NCBI GenBank assembly: GCA_009859145.1
Contig: VRVR01000012.1
Location: 124,001-188,000, forward strand
DNA: 64,000 bases
Reading direction: 5' to 3'
Source: Andalucia godoyi And28
Lineage: Eukaryota; Protista; Jakobida
The position numbers and the translations under genes are program-made. Position 1 is the stretch's first letter. Each line of letters begins with the position of its first letter. Below the pieces are notes generated by a model that was given only the letters and a program-made list of their open reading frames with translations, ran no database searches and had not been told where the DNA came from. Shown here one piece after another: positions 9,265 through 17,799 of the stretch.

Positions 9265-12200
9265 ATGCTGCCGCTGGTGTGCATTTCATTGGCAGCCCAC
9301 ACCGACAAACAGTATCCGTATGGAGTGTATAGCTTGACTAATGTGTTTGTAAAAGAACACGGACCTGGGTATTTGGAGGTTTGCTGCGCGGAGTTTCGTC
9401 ATCCGTGCTATGTGGACTGCTACGAATTGGGCGTGTCTGAAACAGTGGATGTTGCAACATCAGAAGTGTTTGTGCGAGAACTGGTTCCGCCGTCCCAAGT
9501 GAATGTGCATGTTACTGATGCGGGTCAGGTATCCAAGCTTTTGGAGTGGCTTGAGCTTGCAAGCGTCGCATTCGAGAGACTGTTTCGGCGATTCTTGATC
9601 ATTGATGACTGTCCTCGGAGCCTCCAGTCTGCAATTCTCGGGACTGGACTTCGAGTGCTTGATGTGCTGCTCGACGATGAAGACTATGCATTTGATTCAA
9701 GAGGCGTCGTGGTCAATTCGATGCCTGTTACGGAAGAAGCACTTCGTTCGGCGGTTGCGTCTCCACTGGATTCAACGACTGTGCAGTATCAACTGACATT
9801 TGACTGGTGCTCTGGATGGGACATTGATGTCATTCGTCTGCGTTATCCGAAACCCACACCGCCGCATGAAATTAGAGAAGGCATCGAAGCAGCAGAGGAA
9901 CAGGAGGAGGAGGAAGAAGATGAAGAAGAAGAAGAAGAAGAAGAAGACGACAACGCCGACGCCGACGCCGAAGACGAAAATGATTCTGGTGAGGCCGGAA
10001 CAGTGGAAGAGCAGATCAATGATCTTGATGTCGGAGTTGATGATTTGCCAAGAGAGGCAAGACCTCCACTGGACAGTGGCGGGCTGCCGATGGCGTCATT
10101 GCAGTTGAATTGCGCAGAGACTGCTGTTGACACGCAAGAGCCTCTCGCGCTAGCAGACGGACATCCTATGGAAAATACGGATGGTGATGAATCAGTCGAT
10201 AGTGGCGATGCAGACGAAGAGGGTGGCTACAGTTTTTTCAGGAATGGCGATGAATGGGATCCAATGCTGCAGATGATCAACTCTGCATTATTTGACATCT
10301 CAGGATGCATTGTTGTTGCATTCAATCCGAAGCCGTTGGATCCTTCGAGGTCCCGCAGAAGAAAGCCAAAGAAAAAAACACGTGGTGCTGAGAAATCTTC
10401 GGTCGGCGAGTCCGCCTTGACTGCGAATGCCGCCGCAGCCATTTCAGGATTCAAGGATCTTGCTGCTTCAGAGGACCCGGTCTCCGAGCCCGGGGATGGC
10501 ACTTGTGGCAATGGAAATGACGATGCCGCCGAATCTTCCGATCAGGCAAGCAACCGTCCTTCGGATGGTTGTCGTCGTTTTTTTGTGCAAGTGCTGGATT
10601 ATGGGATTCGGAACCAACTTGCGGATGGAATGGAAGACATTGGCGAACATAATGGCATGCTGGTGCACAGAGATTATGAAGACGAGTTTCCGTCTGCAAA
10701 GAGGGTTCCAAGGCGATTGCTGCTATCCCGAGTGCTACATGATGTGCTGTCGACCACGAGGCTAAGTTTGGACTACTACTCGCCGATCACGGTGAAGGCC
10801 CCGCGAGTTCTAGCAGCGTCGCTTCTGCGGCCCAGGTCTGAACTTTCCCTGGAGATCTGCTCCCATCTGGAGCAAAAGTTTAACGTTCCCTTTGACTGTT
10901 CCCACACTCGCAACTTCCGTGTTCGCTTCGAGAGAAATCATGAAATGGTGGTTCGCTGGGGAGCAGGGTGGACGGTAGCCAAGTCCGATCTTCAATTTTT
11001 GGAGGATCTCTCAACCGACCATCGTGCCATTCGTGTTCTTCCGTTGTATTCGAGGACTGTGCCGATATCCTCGCATGTCCCGGAAGACCAACGAGCGAGG
11101 TTTTTGAAACGCGTTCTATTCGTGTTGAATCACATGAATCCAGATCTAATTTATGGGCGTTTTATTTCGTCCCGAAATGCTATTCTGCTGGAAGCCACGA
11201 ATCCAGATGCTCTTTTCGATGCAGTACGCTTTGCGACCCTCGCTTACACGGGGCGCTCAGTGGATCTCGGAAAGTTTTTGGATTCTCAGACCATTGCGAC
11301 TCTGAATGTGGTTTCACTGCTTGCATCGGACCTTGAAGGTATCCGGCAGGATGCTTGTGCGGACTTGGTCAACGGCGAAGAGAACACCCCGATCCGTACG
11401 TTCGAGCCGTTTATCTTTAAGTTGGTGCCATTTCAACCGCAGTACATCCACATCCTTTGCCCGGAATTGGGGTTTCTGAAGTTTTCAAGTCAGCTGGGAA
11501 CGTCCATTCAAGAAGCCGTTTGCAAGTCGATCAAGGATACTGCGGAAAAGAAGCGGCTCGCATCTCCGCCGGAAATTCTGCACGCCATTCCAATGTGCAG
11601 TACCGCTCCCTCCTCTAGATCCAGTCCAAATGGTAGTTTGACGTTTCGTGGACTGCAGATCACACCGGCCGAGGAATGCGAAGCGGAACCCGCTCTGCGT
11701 CCACTGGAAAAATTAGACTCCACATCGGCGTTGTATTTTCCTGCAAGTTGCTGTCTTTCCATTTGCTCGAGATCGGATAGAGAATATGTTCAGCTGCCGT
11801 GTGGTCACGACGCATGCGTTACGTGCATTCGTTCCCAAGTCAAGCAGCTGACTTTGCAGCCGAATTCGTTTGTCCCGGATTTTTCCTGCAGACACTGCCA
11901 AGCTCCGATATCCCCCGCGTTTCTGCTCAGACTCCTGGGCCTCCGAACGGTTGCGGAGTACGCCAGTCGTGTAGCTCGCCCGTCTCGTTCGTTCCACTGC
12001 ACCTCTCCTGATTGCGGACGATGGCTGTCGTCTTTCATTTCCGTCGAACACGCAGATGGAGATGGTATGTCATACACCGTGCATTGTACGGACTGTCAGG
12101 TAAGCCACTGTGCAAAGTGCTGCGGAATCGACCACCTGGGGTCTTCTTGTGTTGGTCAATCTCTCTTCGTGGTGATGGAGCAAGGTCGCACACGTTCATG

Positions 12201-12438
12201 CCCGGGCTGTCGAGGAGCTGTTACCAGAAACGATGGGTGTCAGCACATGACGTGCCGGTGCGGATCAGAATGGTGCTGGTACTGCGGAGCCGTCCTGCAT
12301 CCAAATTACATTGGCAAGCACAAGCAGCTATGCCAGGTTGATGTCGGCGCTAACAAAGGCAACATGTTGTCTAATGCTCTCATTCTGCATGGAGAAGAAG
12401 TAATCCTTGATCCTGAACTGGATGAAGCTCATGATTAA
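9265..12438 (+). CDS. RBR (RING-IBR-RING) E3 ubiquitin ligase with a long uncharacterised N-terminus and an acidic tract
   Basis: RING1 (LPCGHDAC..CRHC), IBR (CTSPDC..HCTDC..HCAKC..H..SC) and RING2 (CPGC..RNDGCQHMTCRCGSEWCWYC) with the catalytic Cys. Confidence 0.85.
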   Translation: MLPLVCISLAAHTDKQYPYGVYSLTNVFVKEHGPGYLEVCCAEFRHPCYVDCYELGVSETVDVATSEVFVRELVPPSQVNVHVTDAGQVSKLLEWLELASVAFERLFRRFLIIDDCPRSLQSAILGTGLRVLDVLLDDEDYAFDSRGVVVNSMPVTEEALRSAVASPLDSTTVQYQLTFDWCSGWDIDVIRLRYPKPTPPHEIREGIEAAEEQEEEEEDEEEEEEEEDDNADADAEDENDSGEAGTVEEQINDLDVGVDDLPREARPPLDSGGLPMASLQLNCAETAVDTQEPLALADGHPMENTDGDESVDSGDADEEGGYSFFRNGDEWDPMLQMINSALFDISGCIVVAFNPKPLDPSRSRRRKPKKKTRGAEKSSVGESALTANAAAAISGFKDLAASEDPVSEPGDGTCGNGNDDAAESSDQASNRPSDGCRRFFVQVLDYGIRNQLADGMEDIGEHNGMLVHRDYEDEFPSAKRVPRRLLLSRVLHDVLSTTRLSLDYYSPITVKAPRVLAASLLRPRSELSLEICSHLEQKFNVPFDCSHTRNFRVRFERNHEMVVRWGAGWTVAKSDLQFLEDLSTDHRAIRVLPLYSRTVPISSHVPEDQRARFLKRVLFVLNHMNPDLIYGRFISSRNAILLEATNPDALFDAVRFATLAYTGRSVDLGKFLDSQTIATLNVVSLLASDLEGIRQDACADLVNGEENTPIRTFEPFIFKLVPFQPQYIHILCPELGFLKFSSQLGTSIQEAVCKSIKDTAEKKRLASPPEILHAIPMCSTAPSSRSSPNGSLTFRGLQITPAEECEAEPALRPLEKLDSTSALYFPASCCLSICSRSDREYVQLPCGHDACVTCIRSQVKQLTLQPNSFVPDFSCRHCQAPISPAFLLRLLGLRTVAEYASRVARPSRSFHCTSPDCGRWLSSFISVEHADGDGMSYTVHCTDCQVSHCAKCCGIDHLGSSCVGQSLFVVMEQGRTRSCPGCRGAVTRNDGCQHMTCRCGSEWCWYCGAVLHPNYIGKHKQLCQVDVGANKGNMLSNALILHGEEVILDPELDEAHD

Positions 12439-12566
12439 GCCCACCGAGAAAGAAGGCAGAGCAGGAGGGGCGGCGAGGATGCGAAAAATGAACATCTACT
12501 TTATCGAAACAGCACCATTCTTTTTCCAAAAAAAAAAAAAACAACAAGATCGGCGTCTGTAGTGCC

Positions 12567-12585
12567 CCGCCAAATATTTTGGCGG
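12567..12585. promoter_or_regulatory. Inverted pair of E2F-like sites upstream of MCM10
   Basis: CCGCCAAA-TAT-TTTGGCGG; both arms match TTTSSCGS and lie ~230 bp before the MCM10 ATG. Confidence 0.55.
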
Positions 12586-12813
12586 CAGATTCTCAATTTC
12601 ACAAGCAAAATACCAGACAAGCAATCATTCAAATAAAAATCTTTTTGCTTATATCGCTTTTTATATTCCCACTCGTTTTTTGATTTTATGTATTCACATA
12701 TTTTTTCTTTTCCCCTTTTCGTGCTGCTTCTTTCATGCGTGCATGCTTAACTTATCGTTTGTTTTGAACACGTTTCTTCTTCTTTCTTGTTGGTCATTTG
12801 TGTTCTTACGCAC

Positions 12814-14823
12814 ATGGAAGATTGGGACGCCTTGCTGGAAGGCATGGCTGCAGAGGGCAGTTCTGCCGATCTTGATCTCCGGAGAACTGCTTCACATGAA
12901 GAAGGCGGGACTGAGGGTGAAGATGAGAGAGTTGTGAGACCGTTGCAACCACTGATCACCTCTTCGAGCTTGAAAAAGATATCATCTTCGAAGCAGCAGT
13001 TAACAGCGTCGATAGAGGCGTCGGCATCTGCGGACCGAAGGCTTCGTGTCATGGAGCCAGTTACTTTGGACCCTTCGTCTGGACTTCGAATTGCAGAGCG
13101 AGCGATTGGATCTTTAGATATGAAGACGAGAATGAGCGGGAAGCGCGTGTTTTCTCTTGCACAGATATCGAAGCTTCCTCCCAATACTCTTTCAGAGATC
13201 TCGGGAAAAGCTGGGCAGCCGTCTTCTCAAGTCGGCGACGTTGTTGTGATGGGATGCATTGCATCTCGGTCGATTCGAGCAACCAAGACCTCCAACAAGT
13301 CCATGCTTGTCTGGGGGCTCTCCGACCTGAGTCAGAATCAAATCAGTGTGTACATATTCGACTCTGCAATTGCCGAACTTAAGAACGAAGACCTGGGAAG
13401 TGTGGTTGCGATTTTAAATCCGCAGTTTCTCAACAATCAGAACAGCGGACATGCTCGCGTCGGAAGCGGTGTGGGCTTGTCGATCAACAAGAAAGGCCAG
13501 GTGCTGTGCGTCGGCAAAGCCGCAGATTTTGGGATCTGCGAAGGCACGAGAAAGGATGGTTCTCGTTGTTCGTGCGTCGTGAACCGGGCGGTTTCATCAT
13601 TTTGTTCCGTTCATGTTGCGGCCGAACTGAAAAAGACTACTTCGAAGAGAATGGAGCTCAATTCGGTTGCCATTCCCGTTCGAAATCCATCTCAAGTCAC
13701 GGGTATTGCTTTTCGAAATTTGTCGGAAGGCTTTGCGATGGGAAAGAAAGGGCCGCAGTCCAAGTCGCTGACTGGTGTTACCGTTGGTGTGTCAAAGCAC
13801 GCTCAGATCTCCACCGTTGTAACCTCCCACTTGGCAAGTTTGAGCGATGCAGACAAGAGCCGGTTATCCCAGGCTGCACCCCTTGGCATGCGATACCTTT
13901 CCCACATCTCGGGCGACTCTGGAACTCGGCGGCGAATCAGTTTGGCTGGCCCACTCGGGCTTCATCAACTGACCACGCCAGTTCCTGTTGTGCCATCGGC
14001 TCGGGGGGTCAAATCAAATGCAGATGCTGTATCTTCTTTGCCTTCCGATGCGCCCCAGTTTATCGTGCTCGAAGACGTGGACCCCAACGACCCGTTTCGA
14101 GATCTTCCGCTTCATATTGTCAGGCCTCCGACTGCAACTTCCGCTCCAGTTTCGAATGTCAGCACAGTCGCCTCGCCGGAGAGCCTAATGACAGGAAATG
14201 CACTGAACACTCCTGCATCCAGTGCCGCATTGTCCAGCTCTGAAAAGGAAAACGGCCGAGACGGTAAAGGAGAGGATGTGAGTGTGGCGCCCAATGCAAA
14301 GCGGTCCAGGCTGGCGGCGCTGGTTGGCGTATCTATCAACGATGCCGAGTCTGTGGCTTCATCGATCAAGGCGTCACCGTTTGAGCCCCCGTCTGGAAAC
14401 CGGGGTGCAATGAACGCCTCCATCAATTCCCGGATCGAGAGACTCGCGCACGAAGAGAAACTTGCACTGCAGGTCGCCAGCACAACTTCTACGCAAGTGA
14501 TTGTGCATCGTTGTGAGAGTTGTCGAAGAACCTTTCAGACCTTCCCGACGGATTGCAAAGCTCGTTCACACACAATCGCCAAGGTCAATGCAATTAAGCG
14601 GTTTTTCGAGTGTTCCAATTGTCGGTATCGTACGCATACGATCAATCAGGTTATTCCCTCCGTGCCATGCGACAAGTGCAAGCGGACGGGGACGTGGGCT
14701 CCGTGCAGCATGAGTCGAAAGGATTCCACTGGACTGTCCAAAGCCACAGGAACAGGTGCCCAGGAGAAGCTGCAGACGCATACTTGGGGCCATGACCACG
14801 AGATCGGCTATTCAGGATTCTAA
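12814..14823 (+). CDS. MCM10: DNA replication factor MCM10
   Basis: OB fold (VVMGCI..MLVWGLSDL..GSVVAILNP), CCCH finger (GICEGTRKDGSRCSCVVN..FCSVH) and C-terminal Zn region (KRFFECSNC..PCDKC). First ATG is at 12814. Confidence 0.9.
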   Translation: MEDWDALLEGMAAEGSSADLDLRRTASHEEGGTEGEDERVVRPLQPLITSSSLKKISSSKQQLTASIEASASADRRLRVMEPVTLDPSSGLRIAERAIGSLDMKTRMSGKRVFSLAQISKLPPNTLSEISGKAGQPSSQVGDVVVMGCIASRSIRATKTSNKSMLVWGLSDLSQNQISVYIFDSAIAELKNEDLGSVVAILNPQFLNNQNSGHARVGSGVGLSINKKGQVLCVGKAADFGICEGTRKDGSRCSCVVNRAVSSFCSVHVAAELKKTTSKRMELNSVAIPVRNPSQVTGIAFRNLSEGFAMGKKGPQSKSLTGVTVGVSKHAQISTVVTSHLASLSDADKSRLSQAAPLGMRYLSHISGDSGTRRRISLAGPLGLHQLTTPVPVVPSARGVKSNADAVSSLPSDAPQFIVLEDVDPNDPFRDLPLHIVRPPTATSAPVSNVSTVASPESLMTGNALNTPASSAALSSSEKENGRDGKGEDVSVAPNAKRSRLAALVGVSINDAESVASSIKASPFEPPSGNRGAMNASINSRIERLAHEEKLALQVASTTSTQVIVHRCESCRRTFQTFPTDCKARSHTIAKVNAIKRFFECSNCRYRTHTINQVIPSVPCDKCKRTGTWAPCSMSRKDSTGLSKATGTGAQEKLQTHTWGHDHEIGYSGF

Positions 14824-15147
14824 TTTTTCCCCTCCTTAAGATGGGGGAGGGGGTAGTCTTGTCTTTCGTTCCTTTTTATTAGTATTACTATTGGAATTAC
14901 TAAACGACATTATCATTATTGTTGTTGTGGTTGTTGTTTTATTTATTTATTTGTTTTTGGAATGCATGCGTTATAGAGCATCGCCTGCAATTTGTCTGCA
15001 CAGAGGAGCTTAATCGCGCCAAAGAATACATGCATCTTTTTACGTTTAAACGAATGTTGCTCTTGAAAAGGAACGAAGAAAAAACTGAAACGCTTTGGTG
15101 AGAAGGCAAATGTGCAGAAACACAGCGAGAGAGCTTTGCGAAATGGG

Positions 15148-15354
15148 TCACTGCTGTTTCTTGGACAACGACGATGATGACGAAGATGACGAAGAATCTG
15201 CGGATGAAGAGCCTGTCGACGATTGTGAAACAGCAGGTTTGAGTGCTGCGTCCACATCGCAGACAAGAAAATGGTAGCAAATGATGGCGAAGAACGACAA
15301 GATGCCCACAAAGTTGACAAATGACATCATTTGTGTATCTGATATTTCAATCAT
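15148..15354 (-). CDS. OST4: Oligosaccharyltransferase subunit OST4 microprotein with a Ser-rich tail (68 aa)
   Basis: MIEISDTQMMSFVNFVGILSFFAIICYHFLV follows the OST4 pattern (ISDxQ, single TM, YH), as in yeast MISDEQL...IYH and human MITDVQL...LYHY. Confidence 0.75.
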   Translation of the reverse strand: MIEISDTQMMSFVNFVGILSFFAIICYHFLVCDVDAALKPAVSQSSTGSSSADSSSSSSSSSLSKKQQ

Positions 15355-15752
15355 CTCCGAATGCCTCCCCCCCACTAAGCAGTGCTAATTGAACCTTTCC
15401 TTCGTCTGTTCCCCAACAACTGCAACACCCAAACTCGTCCCACACACTCTGCGCTTTCGTGTGACTGCATTAGATATCCAGGCGTCATCGGGATTCGATC
15501 GAGAGCGTGCAGTACCGGCCTGTTCACTCCAACTACAGTCTTTTATCCGTCTTTGTGTTTTTCGCTTCTTTTATCCAGATCTCAAAACAGGTTTTTCTGA
15601 AAGTCTTCGTTTGCCTACACTCTTTCCTTGTATGTTACTTGGTTATTCTTTTTGTTATTTGTTGTGTGCTTTATGTTTTGTATTTTTTAAATTCTTTTTT
15701 ATTCTGTTTTCTTGTTCCTTTTTTGCATTGCTGCTCTGTGTGTCGGTGCAGA

Positions 15753-17627
15753 ATGTGGAAGCGATTTGGCACGGTTGCAGGAACGGCAGCGACGGCACTG
15801 GCATTGTATCCGGTGTATAAGTCGTACGACGATGTGAAGTTGATATCAGTGTCGTCCTCGGCGTCTGCGTCGCCATCGACTGCCGATGTCATTTTGCTTG
15901 GTGACACGGTTGCGTCCGAAGTGTCTGCAGCTGTTCTGCGTCGGGACGGAGTCCGACATGCATTCATCAAGGTACCGGATCGTAAGAACGATGCGAGCAT
16001 GGATGATAGGGCAGACGTTGCAATCCTATCGAAGCGCGCTTTGTTTGACCTTTCTTTCCTTGATCATGATGTTTCTCACAATGTAACTGCGAAAGGAGTG
16101 ATCATAGACCATCTGAATGTGGTGTTTCCGAATACGAGTGTCCGAACCGTTTCTCTGGACTCTTCAGATGCACACTTGTTTCCAGTGATGATCTCGATCC
16201 CTGTTTGGGAGTTGCTGTCTGCGATTTCTTCGCTGTGGGCTTCCAAGTCCGTTGGGACAACAGTCAATGCCTCTCGTGTCGTCGAGGTTGTCGAACACAG
16301 TAATGCAGTTTCGGTTGTCTGTGAAGATGAAGCCGGCGGTACGTTCACCATCCAAGGAAGCTATCTCATTGACTCGAGAAGGAACGAAGGCGCAGTTCAA
16401 AGACAGCGCGAGGTCTGGATAGGTTCACCACCTCCGAAGTCTGTGGAAAGTGCAGCTGTTGCTTCCCAGCTGAATTCGGAACGGAAAGGCTGGTGGAGTT
16501 GGTTGTTTGGCAGACGCACTTCAACCCGCAGTGCTGCTGTTGCTGCTCCAATTCTGGGTCACCCAATGGCGCACGGGAATATGGATTTTGTTTGGGATGA
16601 GGACATGTTTACCGTCAAGAATGGCGGTCTGCATCGTGTATATATGACGAGTTCGACGGATTCATCGGATGCGCTCGCCAAGCTGTCGCAGCGATTTCCG
16701 GATGTTTCCAATTGGTCAAGATCAATGGTTGCTTCTGGCTCTGTAGACGTGACACCGAGCTCCCGAGTCGTGCCCATTGGTCGCGCTCGATCGAATATCG
16801 ACAACATTATTGACTCCACCCAGGCAGACGCGAGCATTCGAGAGGCTCTGAATGCGGCGACAAAGCTCTCTTGCGTGTCTCGCGGCTTGTTGGATCCGTC
16901 ACTGGCTCTGCGCTCCTTGCATCTTGAGCTCACAAGTGGCGTGAAACAGAACGGTAGGATTGGCAATTTCTTGAGGCACGTGTGCTTGTCGCGGTACGTT
17001 CCGCTGACTTACCTTTCCCAAGCACTCTCTTTTGCTGCGGAATGGAAGAATCTCCATCCTCGGGTGTCTGAGTTTTTCAGCTTGGCGGGTTGCGACAGCA
17101 AACGACCGAGCCAGTCTCCGATGAATGCCGTCTTTATGGACGGCGATTTCGGAAGAATTTTGCAAAGACCCGTGTACGAACGAGTTTGGAACGCAACAAG
17201 CGTCGGATGCCGGATGCCTGTCGAAACGACTTTCCAGATTGGACTCTTGCGACTTTGCGATCTCTTTAATGACGAATCCGCAAAACCCGTGCTGTTGCTT
17301 CTCGCTGGATCAGACGAAAGCCGATCTGTAGACAGGGCAGAGGGCGTGTTGGAGCATCTGTACCACATCCGAAGTGCTGTTGCAGCGCGATTTTCCGAGA
17401 ATGTCAGTTCGTTTGTCGTTTTGCCGTATACTCTTCCGATGTCGTGTGTGAATCTTCGAAGAGATCAAAGAGCAATTTTTGATTCGGAAGCAGACCTGCA
17501 CGATGCGTTTCATGCGAAGCGCTTTCCGTCTGCGGCTCTTCTGTACCCGGATGGCTATGTTTCTTTTATTGCAACGCCGTGTACCGAAGAGAATGTGCTG
17601 GCGTACTTGAAGAGTGTCTTCCCATGA
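15753..17627 (+). CDS. Divergent FAD-dependent monooxygenase-like protein (PheA/TfdB fold) with degenerate flavin motifs
   Basis: Collinear remnants: VILLGDTVAS (GxGxxG position), GSYLIDSRR (DG position), RVVPIGRA (GD position), IREALNAATKL, and a C-terminal AALLYPDGYVSF (cf. LVRPDGYVAW). Confidence 0.6.
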   Translation: MWKRFGTVAGTAATALALYPVYKSYDDVKLISVSSSASASPSTADVILLGDTVASEVSAAVLRRDGVRHAFIKVPDRKNDASMDDRADVAILSKRALFDLSFLDHDVSHNVTAKGVIIDHLNVVFPNTSVRTVSLDSSDAHLFPVMISIPVWELLSAISSLWASKSVGTTVNASRVVEVVEHSNAVSVVCEDEAGGTFTIQGSYLIDSRRNEGAVQRQREVWIGSPPPKSVESAAVASQLNSERKGWWSWLFGRRTSTRSAAVAAPILGHPMAHGNMDFVWDEDMFTVKNGGLHRVYMTSSTDSSDALAKLSQRFPDVSNWSRSMVASGSVDVTPSSRVVPIGRARSNIDNIIDSTQADASIREALNAATKLSCVSRGLLDPSLALRSLHLELTSGVKQNGRIGNFLRHVCLSRYVPLTYLSQALSFAAEWKNLHPRVSEFFSLAGCDSKRPSQSPMNAVFMDGDFGRILQRPVYERVWNATSVGCRMPVETTFQIGLLRLCDLFNDESAKPVLLLLAGSDESRSVDRAEGVLEHLYHIRSAVAARFSENVSSFVVLPYTLPMSCVNLRRDQRAIFDSEADLHDAFHAKRFPSAALLYPDGYVSFIATPCTEENVLAYLKSVFP

Positions 17628-17799
17628 AAAAGAACAAACTCGCGCATGGTTGCGTGTGTCTTTGGTTTTTTTTAATTTTATTTTAAATTAATTTTTATTA
17701 ATTTTTTAATTTGCGTAAATAGCACACACTTGATAAACACGTTTTGTTTTGTTTTGCTTTGTCTTGTTTTGTTTTGTTTTATGAAAAATACGATTCGCT

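Noticed and set aside
15507-15752. N-terminal extensions given by the ORF track (also 12787, 32960, 42222, 55467)
   Set aside because: They start at GTG/TTG codons and run through T-rich UTR-like sequence; downstream ATGs match the family N-termini.
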